Below, piece after piece: positions 23,311 to 31,672 of a stretch of DNA of 32,000 nucleotides. The stretch is from Candidatus Nanosynbacter lyticus. Its GTDB lineage: Bacteria > Patescibacteriota > Saccharimonadia > Saccharimonadales > Saccharimonadaceae. Under the pieces are notes generated by a model. That model ran no database searches, was not told where the DNA came from, and saw only the letters and a list, made by a program, of their open reading frames with translations. A program made the translations under genes and the position numbers. The stretch spans positions 30,001 through 62,000 of the forward strand of contig NZ_CP124549.1 of NCBI RefSeq assembly GCF_030253515.1, written 5' to 3'. Position 1 is the stretch's first letter, and every line of letters starts with the position of its first letter.

Positions 23311-25713
23311 ATGCAACAAATCAACGTCATCAAACGCGACGGGACAAAAGAGCCGTTTGATGCCAATAAAATTAACGCGGCGATTTTGAAGGCTTGCGAC
23401 GGGCTGCCAGATCAGGTTTCTAAGGTGGTGCAGGTGGCAACCGAGCTGCAGCTGACACTATTTGACGGGATTACCACCGAGCAGCTCGATCAGGCCGTCA
23501 TCCAGACGACACTACAGAATGTCAAGGATGATCCAGATTATGATAAAATCGCAGCCCGCTTGCTGCTAAAGACTATTTATAAGAGCATTTTGGGCGATTA
23601 CGAGACGGCCGATGAATTAAAGAAATTGCACGCTCGGGAGTTTCCGAAATTTGTTAAAGCGGCGGTCAAAGATGGCTTACTTGATAAGCGGATGAGCGAC
23701 GGGCGATTTGATTTGAAAAAATTGGGCGAAGCATTACAGCCAGAACGTGATGACCTCAGTAAATATCTCGGTGTGATGACGAATAAAAACCGCTATGCCT
23801 TGCGTAAACAAAGCGGCGACTCGCTGGAAACACCGCAATTTACTCATATGCGCATCGCCATGGGGCTTAGCTATAATGAGCCAGATCCAACTGCAGCAGC
23901 GATTGAGTTTTATGAACATATGAGTAAGTTGGAATATCTGCCAGGCGGCTCGACACGAGTCAATGCTGGCGGCTCCTTCCCGCAACTCAGCAATTGTTTT
24001 TTGTTAAATGTTGATGACGATATGGAATCAATTGCTAAGAGTGTGCGTGATACGATGTTTATCGCCAAGGGTACTGGCGGCATCGGCATCGGTTTTACTA
24101 AGTTGCGGGCAGCTGGTAGCCCAGTTAAAACCACTAATACTGAATCAACTGGCCCAATTCCTTTCATGAAGATGATTGACACGGCGTTATTTGCGGTCTC
24201 ACGTAAGGGTAAAAAGGCGGGTGCGGCGGCCATTTATATGGAGAACTGGCACCTTAATTTTGGGCAGTTTATTGATCTGCGTTCTAACTCTGGCGACCCG
24301 TATATGCGCACGCGTTTTGCCAACACCGCGGTATTTATCTCTGATGAATTTATGAAGCGGGTGCAAAAAGATCAGGATTGGTATCTGTTTGACCCAGCGG
24401 AAACGCCAGATTTGCCAGAGTTGTACGGTGAGGAGTTTTCGGCGCGTTACAAGGAATATATTAAGCTAGCCGAAGCTGGTAAATTGCGGGTCTTTGAAAA
24501 GATGTCAGCCCGCCAGCAATTTAAGCAGATTTTGACTAGCCTGCAGGCTACTAGCCATCCGTGGTTAACCTGGAAAGATACCATTAATGTGCGGGCGCTG
24601 AATAATAACACTGGTACAATTCATCTGAGCAATCTGTGTACGGAAATTACCTTACCTCAAGACAAGGATAATATCGCCACCTGTAACTTGGTTAGTATCA
24701 ATCTGTCGGCGTTTTTGCGTGAGGATAAGACGTGGGACTGGGACCGTTTACAAGAGGCTTCACGGGCAGCGATTCGGCAATTGGATAATCTGATTGACAT
24801 TACTGAGACGCCAGTTAAAGAGGCAATGCACGCCAACCAGCAGACGCGAGCTGTCGGCCTGGGCATGATGGGTTTTTCGGACGTATTGGAAAAACTTGGC
24901 TATTGTTATGAGTCGAATGAAGCCTATGAGTTGATCGACCAATTGACGGAGTTTATCAGTTATCACGCCATCGACCAGTCGGCGGATTTGGCGACCAAGT
25001 TAGGTAGTTATCCGACATATAACGGTAGCGGCTGGAGTAAGGGTGTTTTGCCGATTGATACGGTGGCGGAATTGTCGAATAATCGCAAGGTTAAGGTGAA
25101 AATTGATAACAAAACCCGTCTAGATTGGGATAAACTACGTAAGAAAGTTAAAAAAGGCATGCGTAACGCCACATTGATGGCCATTGCACCGACCGCTAAC
25201 ATCGGTCATGTGGCAGGGACGACCCCTGGAATTGATCCGCAATTTGCCCAGATTTTTAGCCGTTCGACGCTGAACGGTAAGTTTTTGGAGGTGAATAATA
25301 ACCTGGTGCGCGACCTTAAGGCGCTGAACTTGTGGGATGACATAAAAGAGGAAGTGTTCGCTAATCAGGGCGACATTCAGCACATCGACGTCATTCCGCA
25401 AAAACTGCGTGACGTCTACAAGACTAGCTTCCAGCTCAGCCCGTATGCTTTTATCGAGGTGGCGGCGCGGGCGCAAAAGTGGGTGGATCAGGCGATTAGC
25501 CGCAATATGTACCTGGCAACTCGTGATATTGATGAGTATGTGGAAATTTATTCTGAAGCCTGGCGGCGTGGTTTGAAAACGACTTACTACTTGCACGTTA
25601 AGCCACGTCATCAGTCAGAGCAGACCACAGTGTCGGTGGAAAAATTAGCAGAACAGAAGATTCGAACTGGCGCTAAAACACGCGGGTTTGGATTTGCCAA
25701 GGTTAATAAATAA
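23311..25713 (+). CDS. nrdA: Class I ribonucleotide reductase large subunit with an N-terminal ATP-cone
   Basis: An 800-aa ORF. It has the ATP-cone VIKRDGTKEPFDANKI, the catalytic region NLCTEI, and a YYL motif near the C-terminus. Confidence 0.95.
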   Translation: MQQINVIKRDGTKEPFDANKINAAILKACDGLPDQVSKVVQVATELQLTLFDGITTEQLDQAVIQTTLQNVKDDPDYDKIAARLLLKTIYKSILGDYETADELKKLHAREFPKFVKAAVKDGLLDKRMSDGRFDLKKLGEALQPERDDLSKYLGVMTNKNRYALRKQSGDSLETPQFTHMRIAMGLSYNEPDPTAAAIEFYEHMSKLEYLPGGSTRVNAGGSFPQLSNCFLLNVDDDMESIAKSVRDTMFIAKGTGGIGIGFTKLRAAGSPVKTTNTESTGPIPFMKMIDTALFAVSRKGKKAGAAAIYMENWHLNFGQFIDLRSNSGDPYMRTRFANTAVFISDEFMKRVQKDQDWYLFDPAETPDLPELYGEEFSARYKEYIKLAEAGKLRVFEKMSARQQFKQILTSLQATSHPWLTWKDTINVRALNNNTGTIHLSNLCTEITLPQDKDNIATCNLVSINLSAFLREDKTWDWDRLQEASRAAIRQLDNLIDITETPVKEAMHANQQTRAVGLGMMGFSDVLEKLGYCYESNEAYELIDQLTEFISYHAIDQSADLATKLGSYPTYNGSGWSKGVLPIDTVAELSNNRKVKVKIDNKTRLDWDKLRKKVKKGMRNATLMAIAPTANIGHVAGTTPGIDPQFAQIFSRSTLNGKFLEVNNNLVRDLKALNLWDDIKEEVFANQGDIQHIDVIPQKLRDVYKTSFQLSPYAFIEVAARAQKWVDQAISRNMYLATRDIDEYVEIYSEAWRRGLKTTYYLHVKPRHQSEQTTVSVEKLAEQKIRTGAKTRGFGFAKVNK

Positions 25714-25730
25714 AATAAAGGAGGAACGAT

Positions 25731-25850
25731 ATGGAATATCAAAATCAACAGGATACGTTGCCGGGAATTGATCTGTTGGCGAAGGAGGCGGCGCAACGAG
25801 CTATTGGGCAGGAAGCGCTGTTTGCTATCATCATAGAAGGGGACAATTAA
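25731..25850 (+). CDS. 39-codon ORF between nrdA and nrdB (unknown; in frame with nrdB)
   Basis: A strong AAGGAGG Shine-Dalgarno sequence lies 6 nt upstream of the ATG. It encodes MEYQNQQDTLPGIDLLAKEAAQRAIGQEALFAIIIEGDN*. Its TAA abuts the nrdB ATG (TAAATG). Confidence 0.35.
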   Translation: MEYQNQQDTLPGIDLLAKEAAQRAIGQEALFAIIIEGDN

Positions 25851-26828
25851 ATGGGTATTTTAGGTTCAGGACTACGCGACGGTTTATCACTGCACCCAAT
25901 TCGCTACCCATGGGCGTATGACTTATACAACCAAGCGGTGGCTAACACCTGGTTTCCTAACGAGGTGCAGCTAGTCCAGGATTTGGCGGACTTTGAAAAA
26001 CTCAGCGATGAGGAAAAGCACGCGCTCAAAACGGTGATTAGCTACCTCAACCCGAACGAGCTATTGATCAACAAGTCGCTGGCCTTTGGTATTTATCCAT
26101 ACGTCAACGCCGCTGAAGCGCAGCTCTATCTGTCAAAACAGATGTGGGAAGAAGCCAACCACTTCATGACCTTTGAATATATCATTGAGACCTTTCCATT
26201 TGATCGCGAGGAGATTTATGCGGCGGGCTTTGGCAAGAAATCGCTGGCCGACAAGGCAGATTTCCAGAACAAGCACCTCGATGTCATGCTTGATCCAAAC
26301 CTCGATATCTACACGCTGGAGGGTAAAAAGGATTTTGTCCGCTCACTTGTGGCATATAACATCGTGCTGGAGGGTATTTGGTTCTACTCGGGCTTTATGG
26401 TCGGCATGAGTTTCCGTCAGCGCAACTTGCTGCGTAATGTCGGCACGCTGCTGGACTGGATCACCAAGGATGAGAATCTGCACTTGACCTTTGGTATCAA
26501 TTTACTGCTGACTATTTTGGACGAAAACCCAGAACTGCAAACCCAGGAATTTGCCGAGGAAATCCGCAACCTCATCCTGCAGGCGGTGGAGCTGGAGAAA
26601 GAGTACAACAAGGATATGTTGCCAAAGGGAATCCTCGGCCTGAACGCTGATTATGTCAATCAATACGTCATGCACATGACTGACCGCCGCTTGGTCGAGC
26701 TTGGTTTTGAGCCTGAGTACAACGTGGCCAACCCGGCCAAATGGATGGCTACGGCAAATGACACCCTGGAATTGGTCAATTTCTTTGAAAGCACTAACAC
26801 TAGCTATGAGGTGAATACCACAAAATAA
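25851..26828 (+). CDS. nrdB: Ribonucleotide reductase small subunit with a class Ic-like signature
   Basis: Metal ligands are present: E70 in NPNELL, WEEANH (E101/H104), VLEGIWFYSGF and KDENLH. The radical-Tyr position (His+4) is Phe108 (TTT at 26172-26174). Confidence 0.9.
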   Translation: MGILGSGLRDGLSLHPIRYPWAYDLYNQAVANTWFPNEVQLVQDLADFEKLSDEEKHALKTVISYLNPNELLINKSLAFGIYPYVNAAEAQLYLSKQMWEEANHFMTFEYIIETFPFDREEIYAAGFGKKSLADKADFQNKHLDVMLDPNLDIYTLEGKKDFVRSLVAYNIVLEGIWFYSGFMVGMSFRQRNLLRNVGTLLDWITKDENLHLTFGINLLLTILDENPELQTQEFAEEIRNLILQAVELEKEYNKDMLPKGILGLNADYVNQYVMHMTDRRLVELGFEPEYNVANPAKWMATANDTLELVNFFESTNTSYEVNTTK

Positions 26829-26833
26829 CTACT

Positions 26834-27232
26834 ATGGACAAAATTACAACAGATATTTTAGACACCGTGGAAGTTGGTGCTTTGGCTACCGTCAATCGCG
26901 ACAGAACACCATTAGTGACGCCGCTCCACTTTGTGCGTTATAAAAATGACAACATTATTTGGATTTCTGACCGGCAATCCCGTCACGCTGTTAATGCGTA
27001 CCGCAGCGGTGTTGTCGAATTTGTGGTTTGGAATGACCAAAAGAGTGCTGTCTTTTTGACAACAAAGGTGCGAGAGCTACCAGAGGAAGAAGAGGCGGCG
27101 GCTTTGGGGGTCTATGCCAATAAGCTGGGCGACTTTATGCCGCGCGTGGAAAATAGGCAAATTTACATCATGCCAATTGGCAATCTTGATGAAAAAACCA
27201 CAACGGAAAATTGGCTGCATTTTATTGCGTAA
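26834..27232 (+). CDS. Pyridoxamine 5'-phosphate oxidase-like (FMN-binding split-barrel) family protein
   Basis: A 132-aa ORF whose N-terminal pattern VGALATVNRDRTPLVTPLHF...IIWISDRQSRH is typical of the PNPOx-like family. It starts 5 nt after the nrdB stop. Confidence 0.55.
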   Translation: MDKITTDILDTVEVGALATVNRDRTPLVTPLHFVRYKNDNIIWISDRQSRHAVNAYRSGVVEFVVWNDQKSAVFLTTKVRELPEEEEAAALGVYANKLGDFMPRVENRQIYIMPIGNLDEKTTTENWLHFIA

Positions 27233-27290
27233 GCGCTATCACTGGCGTACAATAGCCATAAGGCTATACTAAATATAGGGGAAAATAAGA

Positions 27291-27464
27291 ATGAATGCAG
27301 CCCAAATTATTACTGATGACATGTCTCTGGAAGAAAAGCTGAGTGCTATTGATGCGGCGATGCAGGCAGCGCAGGCGGTGGCTGACGAACAGGCCAGAGC
27401 GAATGGTAGTGTCGCTGCACCCATTGATCCGGCAAGTCTGACGGTTTGCGATGGTTGTGAATAA
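27291..27464 (+). CDS. 57-aa small ORF (unknown; C-terminal CDGCE)
   Basis: Too short for the ORF track. ATG follows GGGGAAAATAAGA. It encodes MNAAQIITDDMSLEEKLSAIDAAMQAAQAVADEQARANGSVAAPIDPASLTVCDGCE*. Its codon usage looks protein-like and it fills the gap before pyrG. Confidence 0.4.
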   Translation: MNAAQIITDDMSLEEKLSAIDAAMQAAQAVADEQARANGSVAAPIDPASLTVCDGCE

Positions 27465-27470
27465 AACAAC

Positions 27471-27497
27471 AGAGGTGTCGATTTGACGCCTCTTTTG
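27471..27497 (+). terminator. Intrinsic terminator-like hairpin immediately upstream of pyrG
   Basis: The agaggtg / cgcctct stem has 7 bp including one G-U pair, a 9-nt loop and a following tttt. It ends 17 nt before the pyrG ATG. Confidence 0.45.
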
Positions 27498-27513
27498 ATA
27501 TGTTGGAGAAGTG

Positions 27514-29091
27514 ATGGCAAAGAAGTATATTTTCGTAACCGGCGGCGTGCTGTCAGGCGTAGGTAAAGGTATCACGGCCGCCAGTATCGGTGCAGTGCTG
27601 CAGGCCAAAGGCATCGCCGTGTCGGTACAAAAGTGTGATCCGTATCTGAATGTTGATGCTGGACTGCTGAATCCGAAAGAGCACGGCGAGTGCTTTGTGA
27701 CCAAGGATGGCGCCGAGACCGATTTGGACCTGGGCCACTACGAGCGGTTTTTGGATTTGGAATTGACGCGAAAAAACACCACGCTGTCGGGCCGATTGCT
27801 GCGCGATTTGATCGCCGATGAGCGGGCTGGTAAGTTTGGCGGCCAGACGGTACAGATGGTGCCGCATTTAACTAATTCTATCAAGGCGGCCATCCGCGAG
27901 GCGGCCGAGGGTGACGTTCATATCGTGGAAATTGGCGGCACAGTCGGCGACTACGAGGGTCTGAGCTTTATCGAGGCGATTCGCGGTTTTGCGCTGGATG
28001 TGGGACGGGAAAATTGCCTCTTCGTGCACGTGGTATATGTGCCGTTTTTGGAGGCGTCGCACGAGTACAAGACCAAGCCGGCTCAGAATGCGCTGGCGGA
28101 TCTTCGCGGTTTTGGCATTATGCCGGATGTGGTGGCGGTGCGGACCGAGGGTCACGACAAGCCGCCGCGCAGTATCGGCGAAAAAATTGCTATTTCGTCT
28201 GGCGTGCGCCAGGAGGGAATTATTATGATGCCAAATGTCGATACAGTATATGAAGTGCCATTGACGGTGTACCGTGATTTGGGCAAGCTGCTTGGCGAGT
28301 TTACTGACAATTCAGTGGAGCCAAATTTACAGCGATGGAAACGTCTAGCTCAGCGCGATACTACTGAATATGCCAAGCGGGTAACCGTCGGCTTGGTGGC
28401 TAAATACATTGATAATTCTGATACCTACTTGTCGGTGACTGAGGCGCTGAAGTCTGCTGCTTGGGCGAACAAAAGTGAGATTTCTATTAAGTGGATTAAC
28501 GCTGAGACAGCCAGCGAAGCTGATTTGGCCAGCGTTGACGCTATCGTGGTGCCGGGCGGTTTTGGCACGCGCGGCGTGGAGGGGAAGATTAAAGCAGCTG
28601 AATATTGTATAAAAAACAACAAGCCGTATCTAGGAATTTGTCTTGGCCTGCAGGTGGCGGTCATTGCGGCAGCGCGTTTGGGCGGCGTGGCGAATGCTAA
28701 CAGTGAAGAGTTTGGCGCTGAGCCTGGCGCGGATGTGGTGTACATCATGGACGGACAGCAGGGCAAGCAGTCGACCGGCGGCACGATGCGCCTCGGCGAT
28801 TATCCGGCGGTGCTGAAATCTGGTTCGCTTGTTGCTAAAATTTATGGTAAAACAGAGGTAATTGAGCGGCATCGCCATCGCTACGAAGTGAATCAAGATT
28901 TTGTTCAAGCGATTGAGAGGGGCGGCCTGGTGATTTCTGGCACGTCGCCGAACGGTCAGCTGGTGGAATTTATCGAAGCGCCGCATCATCGGTATTTCGT
29001 GGCCACGCAAGCTCATCCTGAATTTAAGTCGCGCCCGTTCCGCCCGCATCCACTATTTGACGGGCTGATTCGAGCCAGCTTGACAAAGTAA
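27514..29091 (+). CDS. pyrG: CTP synthase
   Basis: The protein begins MAKKYIFVTGGVLSGVGKGI. The glutamine amidotransferase domain has GICLGLQ and HRHRYEVN. The GTG at 27511 given in the ORF track is probably not the start. Confidence 0.95.
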   Translation: MAKKYIFVTGGVLSGVGKGITAASIGAVLQAKGIAVSVQKCDPYLNVDAGLLNPKEHGECFVTKDGAETDLDLGHYERFLDLELTRKNTTLSGRLLRDLIADERAGKFGGQTVQMVPHLTNSIKAAIREAAEGDVHIVEIGGTVGDYEGLSFIEAIRGFALDVGRENCLFVHVVYVPFLEASHEYKTKPAQNALADLRGFGIMPDVVAVRTEGHDKPPRSIGEKIAISSGVRQEGIIMMPNVDTVYEVPLTVYRDLGKLLGEFTDNSVEPNLQRWKRLAQRDTTEYAKRVTVGLVAKYIDNSDTYLSVTEALKSAAWANKSEISIKWINAETASEADLASVDAIVVPGGFGTRGVEGKIKAAEYCIKNNKPYLGICLGLQVAVIAAARLGGVANANSEEFGAEPGADVVYIMDGQQGKQSTGGTMRLGDYPAVLKSGSLVAKIYGKTEVIERHRHRYEVNQDFVQAIERGGLVISGTSPNGQLVEFIEAPHHRYFVATQAHPEFKSRPFRPHPLFDGLIRASLTK

Positions 29092-29144
29092 AAAACTTAT
29101 GCTAACATACGGCCAGATAGTACCTAACATAAAAAGGAATAAAA

Positions 29145-29300
29145 ATGGCTGAAGAAACAATTGAAACACATGATCCGCTTGATGGGACGACGTTAAGTCA
29201 TGACGATGCCTCGGCGCTTGGGTATGTTTTGCGTCACGTCAAGGGCTCGAGTCCGAGCTCGGTGACGCTGCTGCAGCTGGAAGAAATGAGTCAAGAGTAA
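29145..29300 (+). CDS. 51-aa small ORF (unknown)
   Basis: Too short for the ORF track. ATG follows AAAAAGGAATAAAA. It encodes MAEETIETHDPLDGTTLSHDDASALGYVLRHVKGSSPSSVTLLQLEEMSQE*. Confidence 0.3.
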   Translation: MAEETIETHDPLDGTTLSHDDASALGYVLRHVKGSSPSSVTLLQLEEMSQE

Positions 29301-29330
29301 AACTGCTTGTTGTCTGCTATACTGAAAGGT

Positions 29331-30962
29331 ATGGAGCAGATTATTTCTCAGGCGGTGAAGCAACTTTTTGATCAGGATGTATCGGTGCAGTTGACGCGCC
29401 CTGATCCAAAATTTGGTGATTTTGCGACGAATGTGGCGCTGCAGTTGGCGAAACCACTGGGCAAAAGTCCGCGCGAGATTGCCGAGGCGATTGCCAAAGA
29501 GCTGCGTGGCCGCCAGGAGTTTAGCGAGGTCAGTGTGGCTGGGCCAGGCTTTATCAATGTGAAATTGAGCGATCAAGCGGTGCTTGAGTCGTTGAAAGTG
29601 CGACCAGCCACCAATCGTTCAGGTCAAACGGTCGTTATTGAGACCAACTGCCCGAATCCGTTCAAAGCCATGCACATTGGTCACGCTTTGAATGCGATTT
29701 TGGCAGACACCATGGCGAATTTGTTGGCGGTGGATGGTGCATCGGTACACCGAGTGAGTTACCACGGCGATGTCGGTACGCATGTTGGCAAGAGTATGTG
29801 GGCGATTCTTCGCGAAATTGATGGCGATGTCAGCAAGCTAGACGCTATTCCAGCTGATAAGCGCAACGAGTTTATGAGCCGTATGTACGTTGAAGGGGCG
29901 CGGGCAGCCAAGGAATCGCCAGAGGCGCGGGCGGAGATTGATGAGCTGGCCAAACAGTCATTTGTGCTGGACGATCCGTTGTATAAGCAGGTGTATGAGA
30001 TTTGTAAGGCCTGGAGTTTTGATGAAATTGACGCCAATGTGGCACGACTGGGTAATGTGCCAATTGAGCGACGCTACGTCGAGAGCGAAACTGAAGTGCC
30101 AGGCAAGGCCTTGATCAAAGAAAAAACCCCAGAGGTCTTTACTGAGTCGGACGGTGCATATATCTTCAAGGGTAGCCAGTACGGTGCGTTTGATAATGTG
30201 TTCATCGGTTCGCATGGCAACGGGTTGTATGGTGCGCACGACATGGGGCTGATCCAGCTGAAGCGCCAAGATTATCCAAACCTAGACCTATCAATTACCG
30301 TCAATGGCGAAGAGCAGGCGGCGTATTTCCGCGGGGTGATTGCCGCTAGTGAATTGGCAATTCCAGAACTGAAGGGTAAATTGTTTAATTATGCGACTGG
30401 CCTCGTCAAATTAACGACTGGTAAAATGAGTTCGCGTACTGGCGAGGTGATTACCATCGATTGGTTATTTAACGAGTTTAAAAAGGCCATCACGCAAGCT
30501 GGCGGTGAACCAACCGACGAAGTAGTGGCTGGCGCACTGCGCTATCAATTTTTGAAGGTCAAAATTGGTAGCGATGTGGTCTTTGACATTAACGATGCGG
30601 TTAGTTTGACAGGTAACACCGGTAGTTACCTACAGTATGCACACGCTCGGGCACGGGGTATCTTGGCGAAATCTGAGCAAGCAGTTGCGTTCCCGACGGA
30701 ATTGTTCGACGAAGATCGGCTGCTCGTTAGGAAACTGAGCGAATACGCTGAGGCGGTTAACCGTGCTACCGAAAGTTTGGAGCCGCATCATATCTGCGCC
30801 TATTTGTTTGAGCTGGCACAAGAATTCAACCGCTACTATGAGAAAAATCAAGTTGTTGGCAGCGACAAAGAAGCGCACCGCGTTGGCTTGGTAGCGGTGT
30901 ATGCTGACATCTTGAAGGCGGGACTCACCATTCTTGGTATCGTCGCCCCCGATAAGTTGTAA
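29331..30962 (+). CDS. argS: Arginine--tRNA ligase
   Basis: Contains the HIGH-like motif PFKAMHIGHALN, a class I core and a C-terminal anticodon-binding DALR-type domain. I prefer the ATG at 29331 (MEQIISQ...), which has TGCTATACT 7 nt upstream. The ORF track starts at 29307. Confidence 0.9.
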   Translation: MEQIISQAVKQLFDQDVSVQLTRPDPKFGDFATNVALQLAKPLGKSPREIAEAIAKELRGRQEFSEVSVAGPGFINVKLSDQAVLESLKVRPATNRSGQTVVIETNCPNPFKAMHIGHALNAILADTMANLLAVDGASVHRVSYHGDVGTHVGKSMWAILREIDGDVSKLDAIPADKRNEFMSRMYVEGARAAKESPEARAEIDELAKQSFVLDDPLYKQVYEICKAWSFDEIDANVARLGNVPIERRYVESETEVPGKALIKEKTPEVFTESDGAYIFKGSQYGAFDNVFIGSHGNGLYGAHDMGLIQLKRQDYPNLDLSITVNGEEQAAYFRGVIAASELAIPELKGKLFNYATGLVKLTTGKMSSRTGEVITIDWLFNEFKKAITQAGGEPTDEVVAGALRYQFLKVKIGSDVVFDINDAVSLTGNTGSYLQYAHARARGILAKSEQAVAFPTELFDEDRLLVRKLSEYAEAVNRATESLEPHHICAYLFELAQEFNRYYEKNQVVGSDKEAHRVGLVAVYADILKAGLTILGIVAPDKL

Positions 30963-30985
30963 AATATTAGTAAATATTGTATGAT

Positions 30986-31576
30986 ATGTCAGAGATGGAA
31001 AAGTATATTTCTGCTAATTTGATGACGCCTAAACGGCAATTAGTTAAGGCTGAGCCAGGACTACGACGTGAACTTTTATTAGACTCGCAGCAGCTGAAGT
31101 TGATTCGTGCAGTGTATGAACAGTCTCCGCAGACGTATGATGCTGCAACGAAGGCGGCAGTTGATATAGCACGGGTGGTACGACAAACGGTGGATTTTGC
31201 TCCGACTTCGGCTGATTCACCGCTACTCGATGCAGTTGAAGTTGCTGGTTGTGAGGCTACAAATTGTTTTGGCCATGTCATTATTGCGTCAGAGTGTCTG
31301 GAGCAGCTCGGCATTGAGCATTTTGTTAGTTATGCGAATCAGCACGCTATGGTTACACTATTTGATTGGAGTAGTAGGCGAGCCTTTTTGCTCGATGTGG
31401 CAACAGAGGAGTTGTGCTGTGATATGACCGGCGTGATTGGCAGCGGTGCGCCCAACCCGCTTGACCAGCTGGCGATGGGTGAGTTGCGGGCAGTGAATAC
31501 ATTTTTTTCGGGGGAACTCTTGAAACGACTACCGCCGTCGATCGATAGGCAAAAGTTTATGAGCTCAAGGCCATGA
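30986..31576 (+). CDS. Hypothetical protein with a transglutaminase-like / papain-like Cys-His-Asp core; ends at an in-frame TGA
   Basis: The segment GCEATNCFGHVIIASECLEQLGIEHFV...NQHAMVTLFD resembles the transglutaminase-core pattern G-x-C-x-x-F...G-I-P...H-A-W. The Cys codon is at 31265-31267. The ORF track starts at a TTG at 30977. Confidence 0.4.
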   Translation: MSEMEKYISANLMTPKRQLVKAEPGLRRELLLDSQQLKLIRAVYEQSPQTYDAATKAAVDIARVVRQTVDFAPTSADSPLLDAVEVAGCEATNCFGHVIIASECLEQLGIEHFVSYANQHAMVTLFDWSSRRAFLLDVATEELCCDMTGVIGSGAPNPLDQLAMGELRAVNTFFSGELLKRLPPSIDRQKFMSSRP

Positions 31577-31672
31577 CTGTCATTTGATGCTATTGATGCG
31601 GCACAATCTCACGAATATAAGCCCCGAAATCGGATATTACAGTTCTTAACATTACCCTCAGTACCGGGGCGT

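Noticed and set aside
27264-27704. 146-aa and 83-aa minus-strand ORFs spanning the pyrG start region
   Set aside because: They overlap the conserved pyrG N-terminus and the plus-strand 57-aa ORF in antisense. They have no Shine-Dalgarno sequence and their composition is not protein-like.
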